From the sequence record SRR31156797_4552: a stretch of DNA of 64,000 nucleotides. One strand, written 5' to 3'. Below the pieces are notes generated by a model, which was not told the origin of the DNA, made no database searches, and saw only the letters and a program-made list of their open reading frames with translations. Each line of letters begins with the position of its first letter. Positions within the stretch are counted from its first letter, which is position 1. This document shows positions 18,907 to 27,821 of the stretch, in pieces. A program made the translations under genes and the position numbers.

Positions 18907-19824
18907 TTATTTTTTGTCCATGAACATTGCGACCATTTGGCCGAGAGCAGCGTCGGCTTCATCGTGGGGGACCTGACAGGTTCCGACTTGCTTGTGTCCG
19001 CCGCCGCCGAATTTGAGCATTACACTACCTACATCGATTTTGCTGGTGCGGTTAAGAATGCTGTGACCTACGGAAAACACAGTGTTCTGCTTCATCTTAC
19101 CCCAAATTATCTGGATGCTGATGTTGCATTCCGGGTACATGGAGTAGAGGGTGAACCTGTTGCCTGGGTAGATTTCTTCCTGTTCGCGCAGGTCGAGAAT
19201 GGCGACATTGCCGAACATCTCGGTCCGTTCTTTCAGCATCTCGCGGAATTGTGCATCGCGCTTAAAATAAAGGTCTACACGTTCCTTGACGTCAGGCAAA
19301 ACGAGAATCTCCTCAATGGGCAACTCCCGGCAGTAGTCGATGAGGTGTTCCATGAGTTGGTAGTTACTGACTTCGAAGTGTCTGTATCTGCCAAGTCCGG
19401 TGCGCGGATCCATGATGAAGCCGAGCATAATCCAGCCCTTGGGGTTGGCTACTTCTTCGGCAGTGATGTCTCCGCTGTCCACTTTGTCCACATAGTGGAG
19501 CATCTCATCGAATTTGTCAGCGAACTTTTCATGGCCGCCGAAGTATTCCCAGATAACACGGGCCGCACTCTTGGCCGGTTTAGACATTCCCTTGTAGTCC
19601 AGCTTCATGTTGAGGCGTTCATCCTCACTTGAGTGGTGGTCGAACCAGTAGCCGCAACCTTCTATATATGGGACATTTGCAACTATGTCGTTGGGGTCAC
19701 CGGGGTAGCGTCCATCCTGTACATCCTTGGGATGGACAAACATCCAGTTGTCCATGATTCCGATTTCTTTGAGCAGGACAGCGCAGGCAAGGCCGTCAAA
19801 GTCTGATCGTGTCAAAAGCCGCAT
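18907..19824 (-). CDS. DHH-family phosphoesterase (exopolyphosphatase-related)
   Basis: RSDFDG, FDHH, VDKVDS, GGGGH motifs. Confidence 0.85.
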   Translation of the reverse strand: MRLLTRSDFDGLACAVLLKEIGIMDNWMFVHPKDVQDGRYPGDPNDIVANVPYIEGCGYWFDHHSSEDERLNMKLDYKGMSKPAKSAARVIWEYFGGHEKFADKFDEMLHYVDKVDSGDITAEEVANPKGWIMLGFIMDPRTGLGRYRHFEVSNYQLMEHLIDYCRELPIEEILVLPDVKERVDLYFKRDAQFREMLKERTEMFGNVAILDLREQEEIYPGNRFTLYSMYPECNISIQIIWGKMKQNTVFSVGHSILNRTSKIDVGSVMLKFGGGGHKQVGTCQVPHDEADAALGQMVAMFMDKK

Positions 19825-19955
19825 TAAACTCTCCGTGTGCTGGGAATGATGATTATAATTCCACGAATATTTTTTTGAAATACTTAATTGAAAACAGTTC
19901 TAATTACAATCTCATTTTAATTATAGATTGTGGTTTCGCAAAATTTTAACCATGA

Positions 19956-20378
19956 CTATTTGATGACCAGAACAGGGCTTTCGGCAATGTGCAGGACTTT
20001 ATGGGTCACGCTGCCAACAACAAGCCCTTCGAGGTCAGACTTGCCTTTGGAACCCATGATGATCAGGTCGCACCCTTCTGTTTCGGCAACAGTCTTAATT
20101 GATTTTGCTGTGGAGCCGCCGATTATTTTCTCTTCATAATCAATGGCTTTGTCTTTAAGAAGGGCTGCCTTTTGTTCGACGATTGCGTAGGACTCGCGGG
20201 TAGCGTCATCAATCGCTTTCTGGAAATTGGGTTCTCCCAGTCCGGTGGGAACAGGGCGATGGCAGTGGAGGATGATAAGTTTGCCACCGGACATTTCCGC
20301 AAGGGATGCTCCATAGCTTACAGCTCTTTCCGAGTGCTTTGAATCGTCAACAGGAATCAATATTTTGTTAAAAATCAT
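19956..20378 (-). CDS. Universal stress protein
   Basis: KILIPVDDS, DLIIMGSKG...GSVTHKVL, PVLVIK. Confidence 0.92.
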   Translation of the reverse strand: MIFNKILIPVDDSKHSERAVSYGASLAEMSGGKLIILHCHRPVPTGLGEPNFQKAIDDATRESYAIVEQKAALLKDKAIDYEEKIIGGSTAKSIKTVAETEGCDLIIMGSKGKSDLEGLVVGSVTHKVLHIAESPVLVIK

Positions 20379-20635
20379 GTCAGTTCTCCTTCTATGGATG
20401 TTTATGGGATATTACTTGAAGCGGCGGATTGCTGCAACACTATGTGTTTGATCAATTGTATAAGTGGTTGTTTTTGGTGTTACTGAATGGTTGACCAGCC
20501 CATATTTTGGGTGTGTTTGTCATTTCAAAGTAGGGTTAATTGTAGTCTTAAAAATATATATTTGTCATATAGTTCAATTAAAGTAATAGTTTATAGAAAA
20601 AAGTGATTCGTTAATCAAAAAGTGATGAAAAAGTG

Positions 20636-20664
20636 TTGACAGGAATCAATACTGAACGTAGATA
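20636..20664 (+). promoter_or_regulatory. Putative sigma70 promoter for the candidate ncRNA
   Basis: TTGACA-N17-TAGATA with A-tract-rich upstream sequence. Confidence 0.55.
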
Positions 20665-20670
20665 CTGTTT

Positions 20671-21040
20671 CCAGTTGATGTCGCTCTGAAAATGAGTTCA
20701 GGGTAGATGTCTGCAAGGGGCTGATGTAGCCTTCAGGTCTAGCAAGTTTCCTGCTTCCGACGACTGTAGGGGTCTTAGGAAGAAAGTTTGAAAGCTTCAC
20801 CTGATAATGTTGGATGACGATTCAACCGCAACCGCAACTTGCAAGAGTTACTTTGACACAACACGGGGAGAAGCCCGCATCTCTCCCCGAGTCTGATGGA
20901 CATCGGCATTGATCAAAATAAAAGCCCATGATGTGCGGACATGTTCCGGATGTCAGGTTTTTACAGATCAGCTTAGTAAAACACCTTCCGTTTCCATTCC
21001 TTAAAGCATAGGCCCCTCCACCACCGGAGGGGCTTTTGTT
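20671..21040 (+). ncRNA. Candidate ~370-nt structured non-coding RNA (unassigned)
   Basis: No credible ORF between a promoter and a strong terminator; GC-richer than its AT-rich flanks; several hairpins and a repeated GATGT motif. Confidence 0.5.
21011..21040 (+). terminator. Rho-independent terminator
   Basis: GGCCCCTCC-accacc-GGAGGGGCT followed by TTTGTT. Confidence 0.8.
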
Positions 21041-21213
21041 CTTTACGGCAAAGATTAGTGGTAAGTATTTTGGAGAATAGGGATATTAATACTTATTTAT
21101 AAAGTTGCTATTAGGGGTGTGATCACTTTCTGAGTTGACCTTTACTTGATTTTACGTGTAAAGATTTTTTTGTGTCGATAAATTTCAACAAATTGAAATA
21201 ACGAGACTTTATA

Positions 21214-21786
21214 ATGACCAAAAAGGATACAGTTTTAAAAGCGGCCAAAGAGCTTTTCGGAGAGCTTGGTTATAGCGGTACTACATTCAAAAAAATAGCT
21301 GACCGTGCCGGTGTTGCAGTGGGATTGCTTTCCCATCATTACGGAAATAAAGAAAAACTTTTTCGCGCGGCCGGTTTTGATGTTGCTGAACGTTTGACTC
21401 AGGCCTTGCAGGATGAAGTGGTGCAGGCAGAAAATGGTTTTGATGCCGTATACAGATTTGCCCGCCGCTATCTTGAATTTTCCGTTGATCCTGATGAAGA
21501 TTTTCTGGTACTGATCAGATGTTCACCATACAGTGATCTTAAAACCGGGGAAGACAGGGACGCAATGGTTCATAAGTTCGTTCAGATTCCAGTGCTGCTT
21601 GAAAACTGTGTTGCCCGTGGTGTTCGTGACGGTTCCATTCCCAATCTTCCTGTTTCTGAAACCGCTGCCGTTGTCCAGTGTAACCTCGTCGGTGCGGTTA
21701 GGACCAATCTACTTACCCCGTATAGTCCTCCTAGTCTTTATAAGGAAATTTTGAATTTTATCAGCAGAGCACTTAAAGCTGCATAG
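21214..21786 (+). CDS. TetR/AcrR-family transcriptional regulator
   Basis: VLKAAKELFGELGYSGTTFKKIADRAGVAVGLLSHHYGNKEKL HTH. Confidence 0.9.
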   Translation: MTKKDTVLKAAKELFGELGYSGTTFKKIADRAGVAVGLLSHHYGNKEKLFRAAGFDVAERLTQALQDEVVQAENGFDAVYRFARRYLEFSVDPDEDFLVLIRCSPYSDLKTGEDRDAMVHKFVQIPVLLENCVARGVRDGSIPNLPVSETAAVVQCNLVGAVRTNLLTPYSPPSLYKEILNFISRALKAA

Positions 21787-21927
21787 CTTTATTGTTTCAA
21801 CGTTGTTTTTATTTCCCGGATAGCTTTTGCTGTCCGGGATTTTTGTTTTTTAAGGGGGATTTGTAATTCTGGACAAATGTTGATGGAAATGATCTATTAT
21901 TAATATCAAAAAAGAGTATGGGGCTGG

Positions 21928-24045
21928 TTGGAACATATTGTATTGAATATGGGAGTGGGTTTGATTTTAAGAAAAAGTGTATTGCTAAGAGCTTTATGCT
22001 TGCTCTGTATGGCATTTTATTTGTTCTGCGGGCAGGTTGTCCATGCTGAAAATATTCTTGTGGAGGGAGATAATAACTATCCGCCATATGAGTATTTGGA
22101 AGACGGTGTACCGACGGGATTTAATGTGGATATTATCCGCGCTGTGGCAGAAACTTCCGGGTTAAATATAGGTATTAACCTCCTGCCTTGGAGTGAAGTT
22201 GTTGAGAATCTTGAGAAGGGGGCTAGTGATGTGGTCCTCGGAATGTATTTTTCCCCTGCCCGGACTGAACTTTTCGACTTTTCAATTCCCCATAACATCA
22301 TTTCACATTCAATTTTCGTGCGTTCCGGATCGGATATTAAAAGTCTTGAAGACCTTCATGATAAAGAAATACTGGTTCAACGCAGCGATATTATGCACGA
22401 CTATGCTTTGGAGCACTATCCTGACGCGACGATTGTTCCTGTGCCCGATCAGGGTTCGGCTTTGAAGCTTTTGTCGTCCGGTAAGCATGACGTTGCCCTG
22501 CTTGGGAAGATGCAGAATCTCTTTCGTGCTGCCGAGGAAGGTATAGATAATCTGGAAACCACCGGAGCTGATTTTGCATTTGGAAAATATTGTTTTGCTG
22601 TTCGCAAAGGCAATGTGGAATTGCTGGGCCGGTTGAATGAAGGACTGAACCTGATTAAGAAGTCTGGTAAATATGATGAGATTTATGAGAAATGGTTCGG
22701 TGTTTATGAACGACAGAGTCTTTACGATAAAATTATCCATTATGCATTTTTGGTCCTGACTCCTCTTTTAATTATTCTTGCGCTGTCCATGCTTTGGGTT
22801 GGGTTGTTACGCCACAAGGTCAGGCAGAAGACTGAATTGTTGCGGGAAGAACTTCGGGAAAGACACCGGATCGAACAGAATTTGCAAGAGGTCCAACTTT
22901 ACTTATCAAGTGTCATCAATTCAATGCCCTCTGTCATTATTGGGGTGGATAAAGAGTGCAGAATTAATCAGTGGAATCTTGAGGCGGAAAAGGTGTACGG
23001 CCTTAAGCGTGAAGATGTTCTTGAAAAGGAATTAGTCGAGGTTGTGCCCCATTTGATTGATGAGTTAGAGCGGGTCGGCAGTGCTTTGAAGACTGGGGTA
23101 AAGGTGGTTGACCCACAGGTCCGCAGGTATGTTGATAAACGTGTCCGTTATGAAAACATAACTATTTATCCTCTGAATGAGCCCGGTGTTGAGGGGGCGG
23201 TAATCAGGATTGATGATATTACCGACCGTATGAATTTTGAGCAGATGGTGATGCAGAATGAAAAAATGCTTTCTGTTGGAGGACTTGCTGCCGGGATGGC
23301 TCATGAAATCAATAACCCGCTGGCTATTATCTTGGGAAATGTACAAAATATCACCCGTCAGACATCTCCCGGATTGGAAACTAATGATCTTGTTGCGCAA
23401 GAGTGTGGAACAACCATAGATGTGATCCATGACTACATGGAAAAGCGGGGAGTTTTTCATAAAATCGAAAGTATCTTTGAAGCCGGAGTTCGTTCAGCCA
23501 AGATAGTTTCAAATATGCTGAGCTTCAGTCGTAAAAGTGATAAGATCAAGGGCTGTCGTAGTTTGCCTGAATTATTAGATATGACGGTGGATCTGGTTTC
23601 GAGTAGTTATAGTTTGAAAGAAAAATATGATTTCAAGCAGATTGAGATAGTCAGGGAATTCGAGGTCGGGGTTCCCGATGTGTGGTGTGAGAGTAACGAG
23701 ATACAGCAGGTTTTTTTGAATCTTATTAGAAACGGGGCCGAAGCTATACAAGAGAAGGAATATGAAGACGATAGTCCGCGTATGGCTCTAAGGGTAAAGC
23801 GTGCCGGAGAAATGGTCAGGGTTGAGATCGAAGATAATGGCCCCGGCATGGAGGAGGGCGTAAGTAAAAGAATTTTTGAACCTTTTTATACTACAAAGGA
23901 CGTTGGCAAAGGAACTGGTTTGGGGCTTTCAGTGTCTTATTTTATTGTTACTGAGCATCATGGTGGAACCATGGAAGTTGATTCCAAGCCTGGAGAATGG
24001 ACCCGGTTTATAATGCAGTTGCCGATTGAAGAAATAAAATGTTGA
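21928..24045 (+). CDS. Sensor histidine kinase: periplasmic SBP family-3 domain, TM, PAS, HisKA, HATPase (start may be 21949 or 21961)
   Basis: DNNYPPYEY...GFNVD; LAAGMAHEINNPL; QVFLNLIRNG; DNGPG; GKGTGLGL. Confidence 0.9.
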   Translation: MEHIVLNMGVGLILRKSVLLRALCLLCMAFYLFCGQVVHAENILVEGDNNYPPYEYLEDGVPTGFNVDIIRAVAETSGLNIGINLLPWSEVVENLEKGASDVVLGMYFSPARTELFDFSIPHNIISHSIFVRSGSDIKSLEDLHDKEILVQRSDIMHDYALEHYPDATIVPVPDQGSALKLLSSGKHDVALLGKMQNLFRAAEEGIDNLETTGADFAFGKYCFAVRKGNVELLGRLNEGLNLIKKSGKYDEIYEKWFGVYERQSLYDKIIHYAFLVLTPLLIILALSMLWVGLLRHKVRQKTELLREELRERHRIEQNLQEVQLYLSSVINSMPSVIIGVDKECRINQWNLEAEKVYGLKREDVLEKELVEVVPHLIDELERVGSALKTGVKVVDPQVRRYVDKRVRYENITIYPLNEPGVEGAVIRIDDITDRMNFEQMVMQNEKMLSVGGLAAGMAHEINNPLAIILGNVQNITRQTSPGLETNDLVAQECGTTIDVIHDYMEKRGVFHKIESIFEAGVRSAKIVSNMLSFSRKSDKIKGCRSLPELLDMTVDLVSSSYSLKEKYDFKQIEIVREFEVGVPDVWCESNEIQQVFLNLIRNGAEAIQEKEYEDDSPRMALRVKRAGEMVRVEIEDNGPGMEEGVSKRIFEPFYTTKDVGKGTGLGLSVSYFIVTEHHGGTMEVDSKPGEWTRFIMQLPIEEIKC

Positions 24046-24063
24046 TTTCGGTAAGGAGGATCC

Positions 24064-24966
24064 ATGCGAGTCGTGATTACCGGAGGGACCGGATTTATCG
24101 GGAAAAAGCTGAGTCATGAACTAGTTTCAAGGGGGTATCAGGTTATTTGTCTGACTCGTTCCAGTCGTCCTTCTGAAATTTCTGGAGTCCGTAATGTTGT
24201 CTGGGATGGCAAAAGTTCTTCGGGGTGGCTGGAGTATGCTGATGGTGCGGAGGCCGTAATTAATCTTGCCGGAGAGAATATTGTGTCCGGGCGCTGGTCT
24301 GCAGCAAAGAAGCAATCTATTCTTGTCAGTCGGGTTGATGCGGGCGAAGCGGTCAGTGAAGCTGTTGCAAAAACTAAGAATAAACCGAAGGTGGTTATTC
24401 AGGGATCAGCCATCGGGTATTACGGTGATTGCGGTGCTGAGCCGGTTAATGAAGAGTCTCCACAAGGTAGTTTATTTCTTTCGGAAGTGGTCGAAAAATG
24501 GGAAGAGAGCACAGCTTCAGTTGAAGAGTACAAGGTGCGGCGAGTGATTATCCGTACGGCCATGGTTCTGGGCCAAGGTGGTGCACTGGCAAAGATGATT
24601 GGCCCTTTCAAAGCTGGCTTGGGCTGTTATCTTGGTGCGGGACATCAGGGTGTCTCATGGATTCATATTGCAGATGAGGTTCGGGCCATAATTTTCCTGA
24701 TTGAAAACGAGAAATGTAGCGGAATTTTTAATCTAAGTTCCATTCATCCGCTGACCTTTAATAAGTTCGCAGATACTCTCAGCAGTGTGCTTGATAAACG
24801 AGTGTGGTTGCGCGCGCCCCGTTTTGTTCTCAAACTGGTTCTTGGCCAAATGGCCGAGGAGGTGCTTCTAAGTGGGCAATTTGTTATGCCGGTGAAACTT
24901 ATTTCAGCCGGATTTAAGTTTAATTTCCCCGATGCAGGGGATGCTTTGCGGGATATATTGTCTTAA
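24064..24966 (+). CDS. TIGR01777/YfcH-like NAD(P)-dependent epimerase/oxidoreductase
   Basis: ITGGTGFIG, INLAGENI, SAIGYYG, SWIHIAD. Confidence 0.9.
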   Translation: MRVVITGGTGFIGKKLSHELVSRGYQVICLTRSSRPSEISGVRNVVWDGKSSSGWLEYADGAEAVINLAGENIVSGRWSAAKKQSILVSRVDAGEAVSEAVAKTKNKPKVVIQGSAIGYYGDCGAEPVNEESPQGSLFLSEVVEKWEESTASVEEYKVRRVIIRTAMVLGQGGALAKMIGPFKAGLGCYLGAGHQGVSWIHIADEVRAIIFLIENEKCSGIFNLSSIHPLTFNKFADTLSSVLDKRVWLRAPRFVLKLVLGQMAEEVLLSGQFVMPVKLISAGFKFNFPDAGDALRDILS

Positions 24967-24991
24967 ATACGATGTTTTTGTTTAGGTAAAG

Positions 24992-25021
24992 AAAGGGCAA
25001 CCTGATTGGCTGCCCTTTTTT
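24992..25021. terminator. Bidirectional terminator
   Basis: AAAGGGCA...TGCCCTTTTTT between convergent genes. Confidence 0.7.
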
Positions 25022-25025
25022 GATT

Positions 25026-26063
25026 TTACTTCTTCCATTTGCGCGAATATCTTTTCTTTTTCCCGGATTTTCTTTTGGTCCGTTCTGCAATTTCAGCAGT
25101 ATTTTTTTCAGCTTCTTCTTTTAATTTCAGGTAATTCTCAAGCCTACGCTGGGTGATGGCCTCGCTTTCAAGGGCTTCACGGACTCCGCAACCAGGCTCT
25201 CGTTCATGGCTGCAATCTGAAAAACGACACATCTCTTCCGCTTCCACGATTTCACTGAAGGCCCGGTCAATGCCGGCATGGCAGTCGTGTAGCTGCAACT
25301 CGCGTATACCCGGAACATCAATGAGTAATGCACCGCTGGGCATGACATGTAAGGAGCGGGTGGTCGTGGTATGGCGGCCTTTGTCGTCTCCGTGGCGGAT
25401 GGCACCGGTTTTTTCTTTTTCTGTGCCGTTAATGGTGTTGAGCAGAGTTGTTTTGCCCACCCCGGACGAGCCGAGCAGGGCTACTGTTTCTCCGGGTTTG
25501 AACCATTTTTGCAGGCTCTGCACACTTTGCGGGTCCTTGCCGTTGATAGTCACGATAGGCATGGATTCGTAAAGATGTTCAGCCTGTTTGCGGTATTCCT
25601 GCGCTTCTGCGGTTAGGTCTTCTTTGGTCAGTACCAGTACGAAATTTACACCGGCCTCAAGGGCTAGGCTGATATAGCGCTCAATGCGGTTCAGATTGAA
25701 CTCGGTGTTGCAGGAGGAGACAATGAAAAGTGTATCAATGTTGGCGGCAATGGGCTGCAGCTTAACTTCCTGACCGGGGGCCATGCGTTGGAGCAGACTG
25801 GTGCGTTCAAGCACTTTTACCGGGACCATGGTTTCGCGGTCCATGAGCAGCCAGTCACCCACGGTGGGTTGCTCATTCAGACTGCCTATACCTTTACCTG
25901 CTATTTTAAGCAGCAGTTCGGACTGCCCGGTGGAAACAACCAGATGTCCCTTATGGGTCATGGTAACCCTGGCGGGGATCATTTCATTGTTGTCTGTTTC
26001 CAGCTGATTTTTAAAGCAGTCCTTCCAGCCTAATTCATCCAGTGAATAATGTTTTTGGTTCAA
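25026..26063 (-). CDS. rsgA: Ribosome small subunit-dependent GTPase A family
   Basis: Circularly permuted TKED / GSSGVGKT / GRHTTT / DVPG and Zn finger CRFSDCSHEREPGC. Confidence 0.9.
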   Translation of the reverse strand: MNQKHYSLDELGWKDCFKNQLETDNNEMIPARVTMTHKGHLVVSTGQSELLLKIAGKGIGSLNEQPTVGDWLLMDRETMVPVKVLERTSLLQRMAPGQEVKLQPIAANIDTLFIVSSCNTEFNLNRIERYISLALEAGVNFVLVLTKEDLTAEAQEYRKQAEHLYESMPIVTINGKDPQSVQSLQKWFKPGETVALLGSSGVGKTTLLNTINGTEKEKTGAIRHGDDKGRHTTTTRSLHVMPSGALLIDVPGIRELQLHDCHAGIDRAFSEIVEAEEMCRFSDCSHEREPGCGVREALESEAITQRRLENYLKLKEEAEKNTAEIAERTKRKSGKKKRYSRKWKK

Positions 26064-26289
26064 GAAATCCTCTGCTGAGAATGTTGTGGTTAAAGTGTTT
26101 ATATCAATCTTTCAACTTAAGGTACAAATGGATAACAGGCAAGGGGTGGAGTGTAATATATTCCCGTTACTTTTCTATCATCGTGCCTTTCTTTGATCTG
26201 TTTTTCTTTCATTATTAATAGTGGTGTGTTAGATTCACAGTAAGGACAGAAGTGGATTTTGCCCAACAGCTTGAATCGCGGGAGTTGAT

Positions 26290-27255
26290 ATGAGCAAGGA
26301 AGTCCGGGATCTGATCAAGACGCATCTGCCTGATTACCGCAGTTCCCGTTTCGGGAATTTGTATACCGATACCACTGAATTCATGAATATTGATTTTAGT
26401 GATGTTATTCAGCTCGGAAATGAGCATTTTCTTGTATCTAAAAATGAGATGGAACGCAGGTTCGGTCTTGACGATCCCAAATACTGGGTCAAGAGATGCA
26501 AGCGGCTGGAAAACGGACAGCCTCAGATTTTAAAGCTTGTTTTTTACGAAAAGTTTCCCATGAATATCGGTCCCTTCAAGATTGAGTGTTTCCGAAGTCC
26601 GCGTAAGGAAGCGCGTATTCTTGATCTGGTCAAGGGCGATATGCGTTTCATGCAGGGGTACTCGGTGAATGATTCCGCTGGTAACAATGTGCGGGTGCTG
26701 GATATTATTCGCGGTAAGCGCCTCGATGTCTGGGTTCATAATATCGCGGTGGATCATCGTATTTATTTTCATGAACATTTCCCGGACATTTTTGAGAAGT
26801 ATATAGGGGCTTGTGAAGCCATCAAATTTTTGCATGATAATGATGAAAAGCATGGAGATATCCGTCGTGATCATCTTTGGGTTGAATACGAAACCGGAGA
26901 TTACAGGTGGATAGATTTTGATTATGCTTTTGAACTTTATGAAAATCCATTCGGCCTTGATGTGTTCGGACTGGGGAGTATCCTGATTTATCTTGTGGGA
27001 AAAGCCAATATAACTCCCCAGACCATGAAAGATCATAACATTGATCCGGGTATGCTCTCGGGTATAACTCCAGGTGATTATTCGGTGGTGATCGGGAACA
27101 GGGTTGTAAATCTGAAGAAGATTTACGATTACATACCGCCATCATTGAATAATATACTCATGCACTTCTCGTCTTCCAGCTCAGTTTTTTATGAGAGTGT
27201 AGATGAGTTGATGCTGGATATGAATAACAGCTTGAAGGAAATACGTAGTTTGTAG
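26290..27255 (+). CDS. Cytoplasmic protein-kinase-like (Ser/Thr kinase fold) protein
   Basis: ILKLV Lys, RKEARIL Glu, HGDIRRDH catalytic loop, IDFD, DVFGLG. Confidence 0.7.
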   Translation: MSKEVRDLIKTHLPDYRSSRFGNLYTDTTEFMNIDFSDVIQLGNEHFLVSKNEMERRFGLDDPKYWVKRCKRLENGQPQILKLVFYEKFPMNIGPFKIECFRSPRKEARILDLVKGDMRFMQGYSVNDSAGNNVRVLDIIRGKRLDVWVHNIAVDHRIYFHEHFPDIFEKYIGACEAIKFLHDNDEKHGDIRRDHLWVEYETGDYRWIDFDYAFELYENPFGLDVFGLGSILIYLVGKANITPQTMKDHNIDPGMLSGITPGDYSVVIGNRVVNLKKIYDYIPPSLNNILMHFSSSSSVFYESVDELMLDMNNSLKEIRSL

Positions 27256-27295
27256 GCAGTTTTGCGCAGTTCAAGTCTGCAGGAGGGAAATCAAT

Positions 27296-27784
27296 ATGGA
27301 ATCCATGAAGATGCTGGTTGCTTTTGATGGTTCTGAGAATTCATTCAAGGCTGTGGAATATGTGGGCAATATTGCCCGTAATTGTTCCGGCGGAGAAATA
27401 GTGCTGCTGTATGTGGAGAGGCTGCCGGATAAGGATATATTTCCCGATGATGAAGCCTGGGAAAAGCAGTGCGGTGATAATGAACAGGCTATGATTGTGA
27501 AATTGGGTGAGGCCGAGAAAACTCTTGTCTCAATGGGAGTGAATCCGGAAGAAGTCAAAACAGAGTATTTTGCCAGTTGTAAGTCTCCGTTCCACGAAAC
27601 TGATATCTGCTCAACTGGGCGCAGTATCGGTATGGATATTTTGCGTATCCGCGAAGAAGGGGAATATGGGACTATTGTTATCGGCAGACGCGGGGTTAGT
27701 AAGGCTGAAGAATTTCTGTTCGGCTCCGTATCCACCAAAGTGGTACAGTCTGCTGTCGGCTGTACAGTCTGGGTGGTTAACTGA
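27296..27784 (+). CDS. Universal stress protein
   Basis: LVAFDGSENS, IVIGRRG...FGSVSTKVV, TVWVV; AGGAGG SD. Confidence 0.9.
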   Translation: MESMKMLVAFDGSENSFKAVEYVGNIARNCSGGEIVLLYVERLPDKDIFPDDEAWEKQCGDNEQAMIVKLGEAEKTLVSMGVNPEEVKTEYFASCKSPFHETDICSTGRSIGMDILRIREEGEYGTIVIGRRGVSKAEEFLFGSVSTKVVQSAVGCTVWVVN

Positions 27785-27821
27785 TTAGGTTTTTTATGAC
27801 CGCTCATAGTCCGGGAGTGCC

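Noticed and set aside
20807-20912. Short ORFs (29 and 32 codons) within the candidate ncRNA
   Set aside because: No SD and no recognisable features; cannot be fully excluded without conservation data.
20717-21023. tmRNA-like ends (GGGGCTGAT... and ...CTCCACCA)
   Set aside because: Acceptor stem pairs only 4 bp, there is no T-arm (GGTTCRA.TCC) and no tag ORF ending in ALAA-like residues; the CCACCA is a terminator loop.
21159-21182. sigma28-like TAAA...GTCGATAA before tetR
   Set aside because: Spacer is 11 nt rather than 15.
26172-26190. Possible sigma54 promoter for rsgA (GGCACGATGATAGA, minus strand)
   Set aside because: The -12 position is GA rather than GC and no enhancer repeats were seen.
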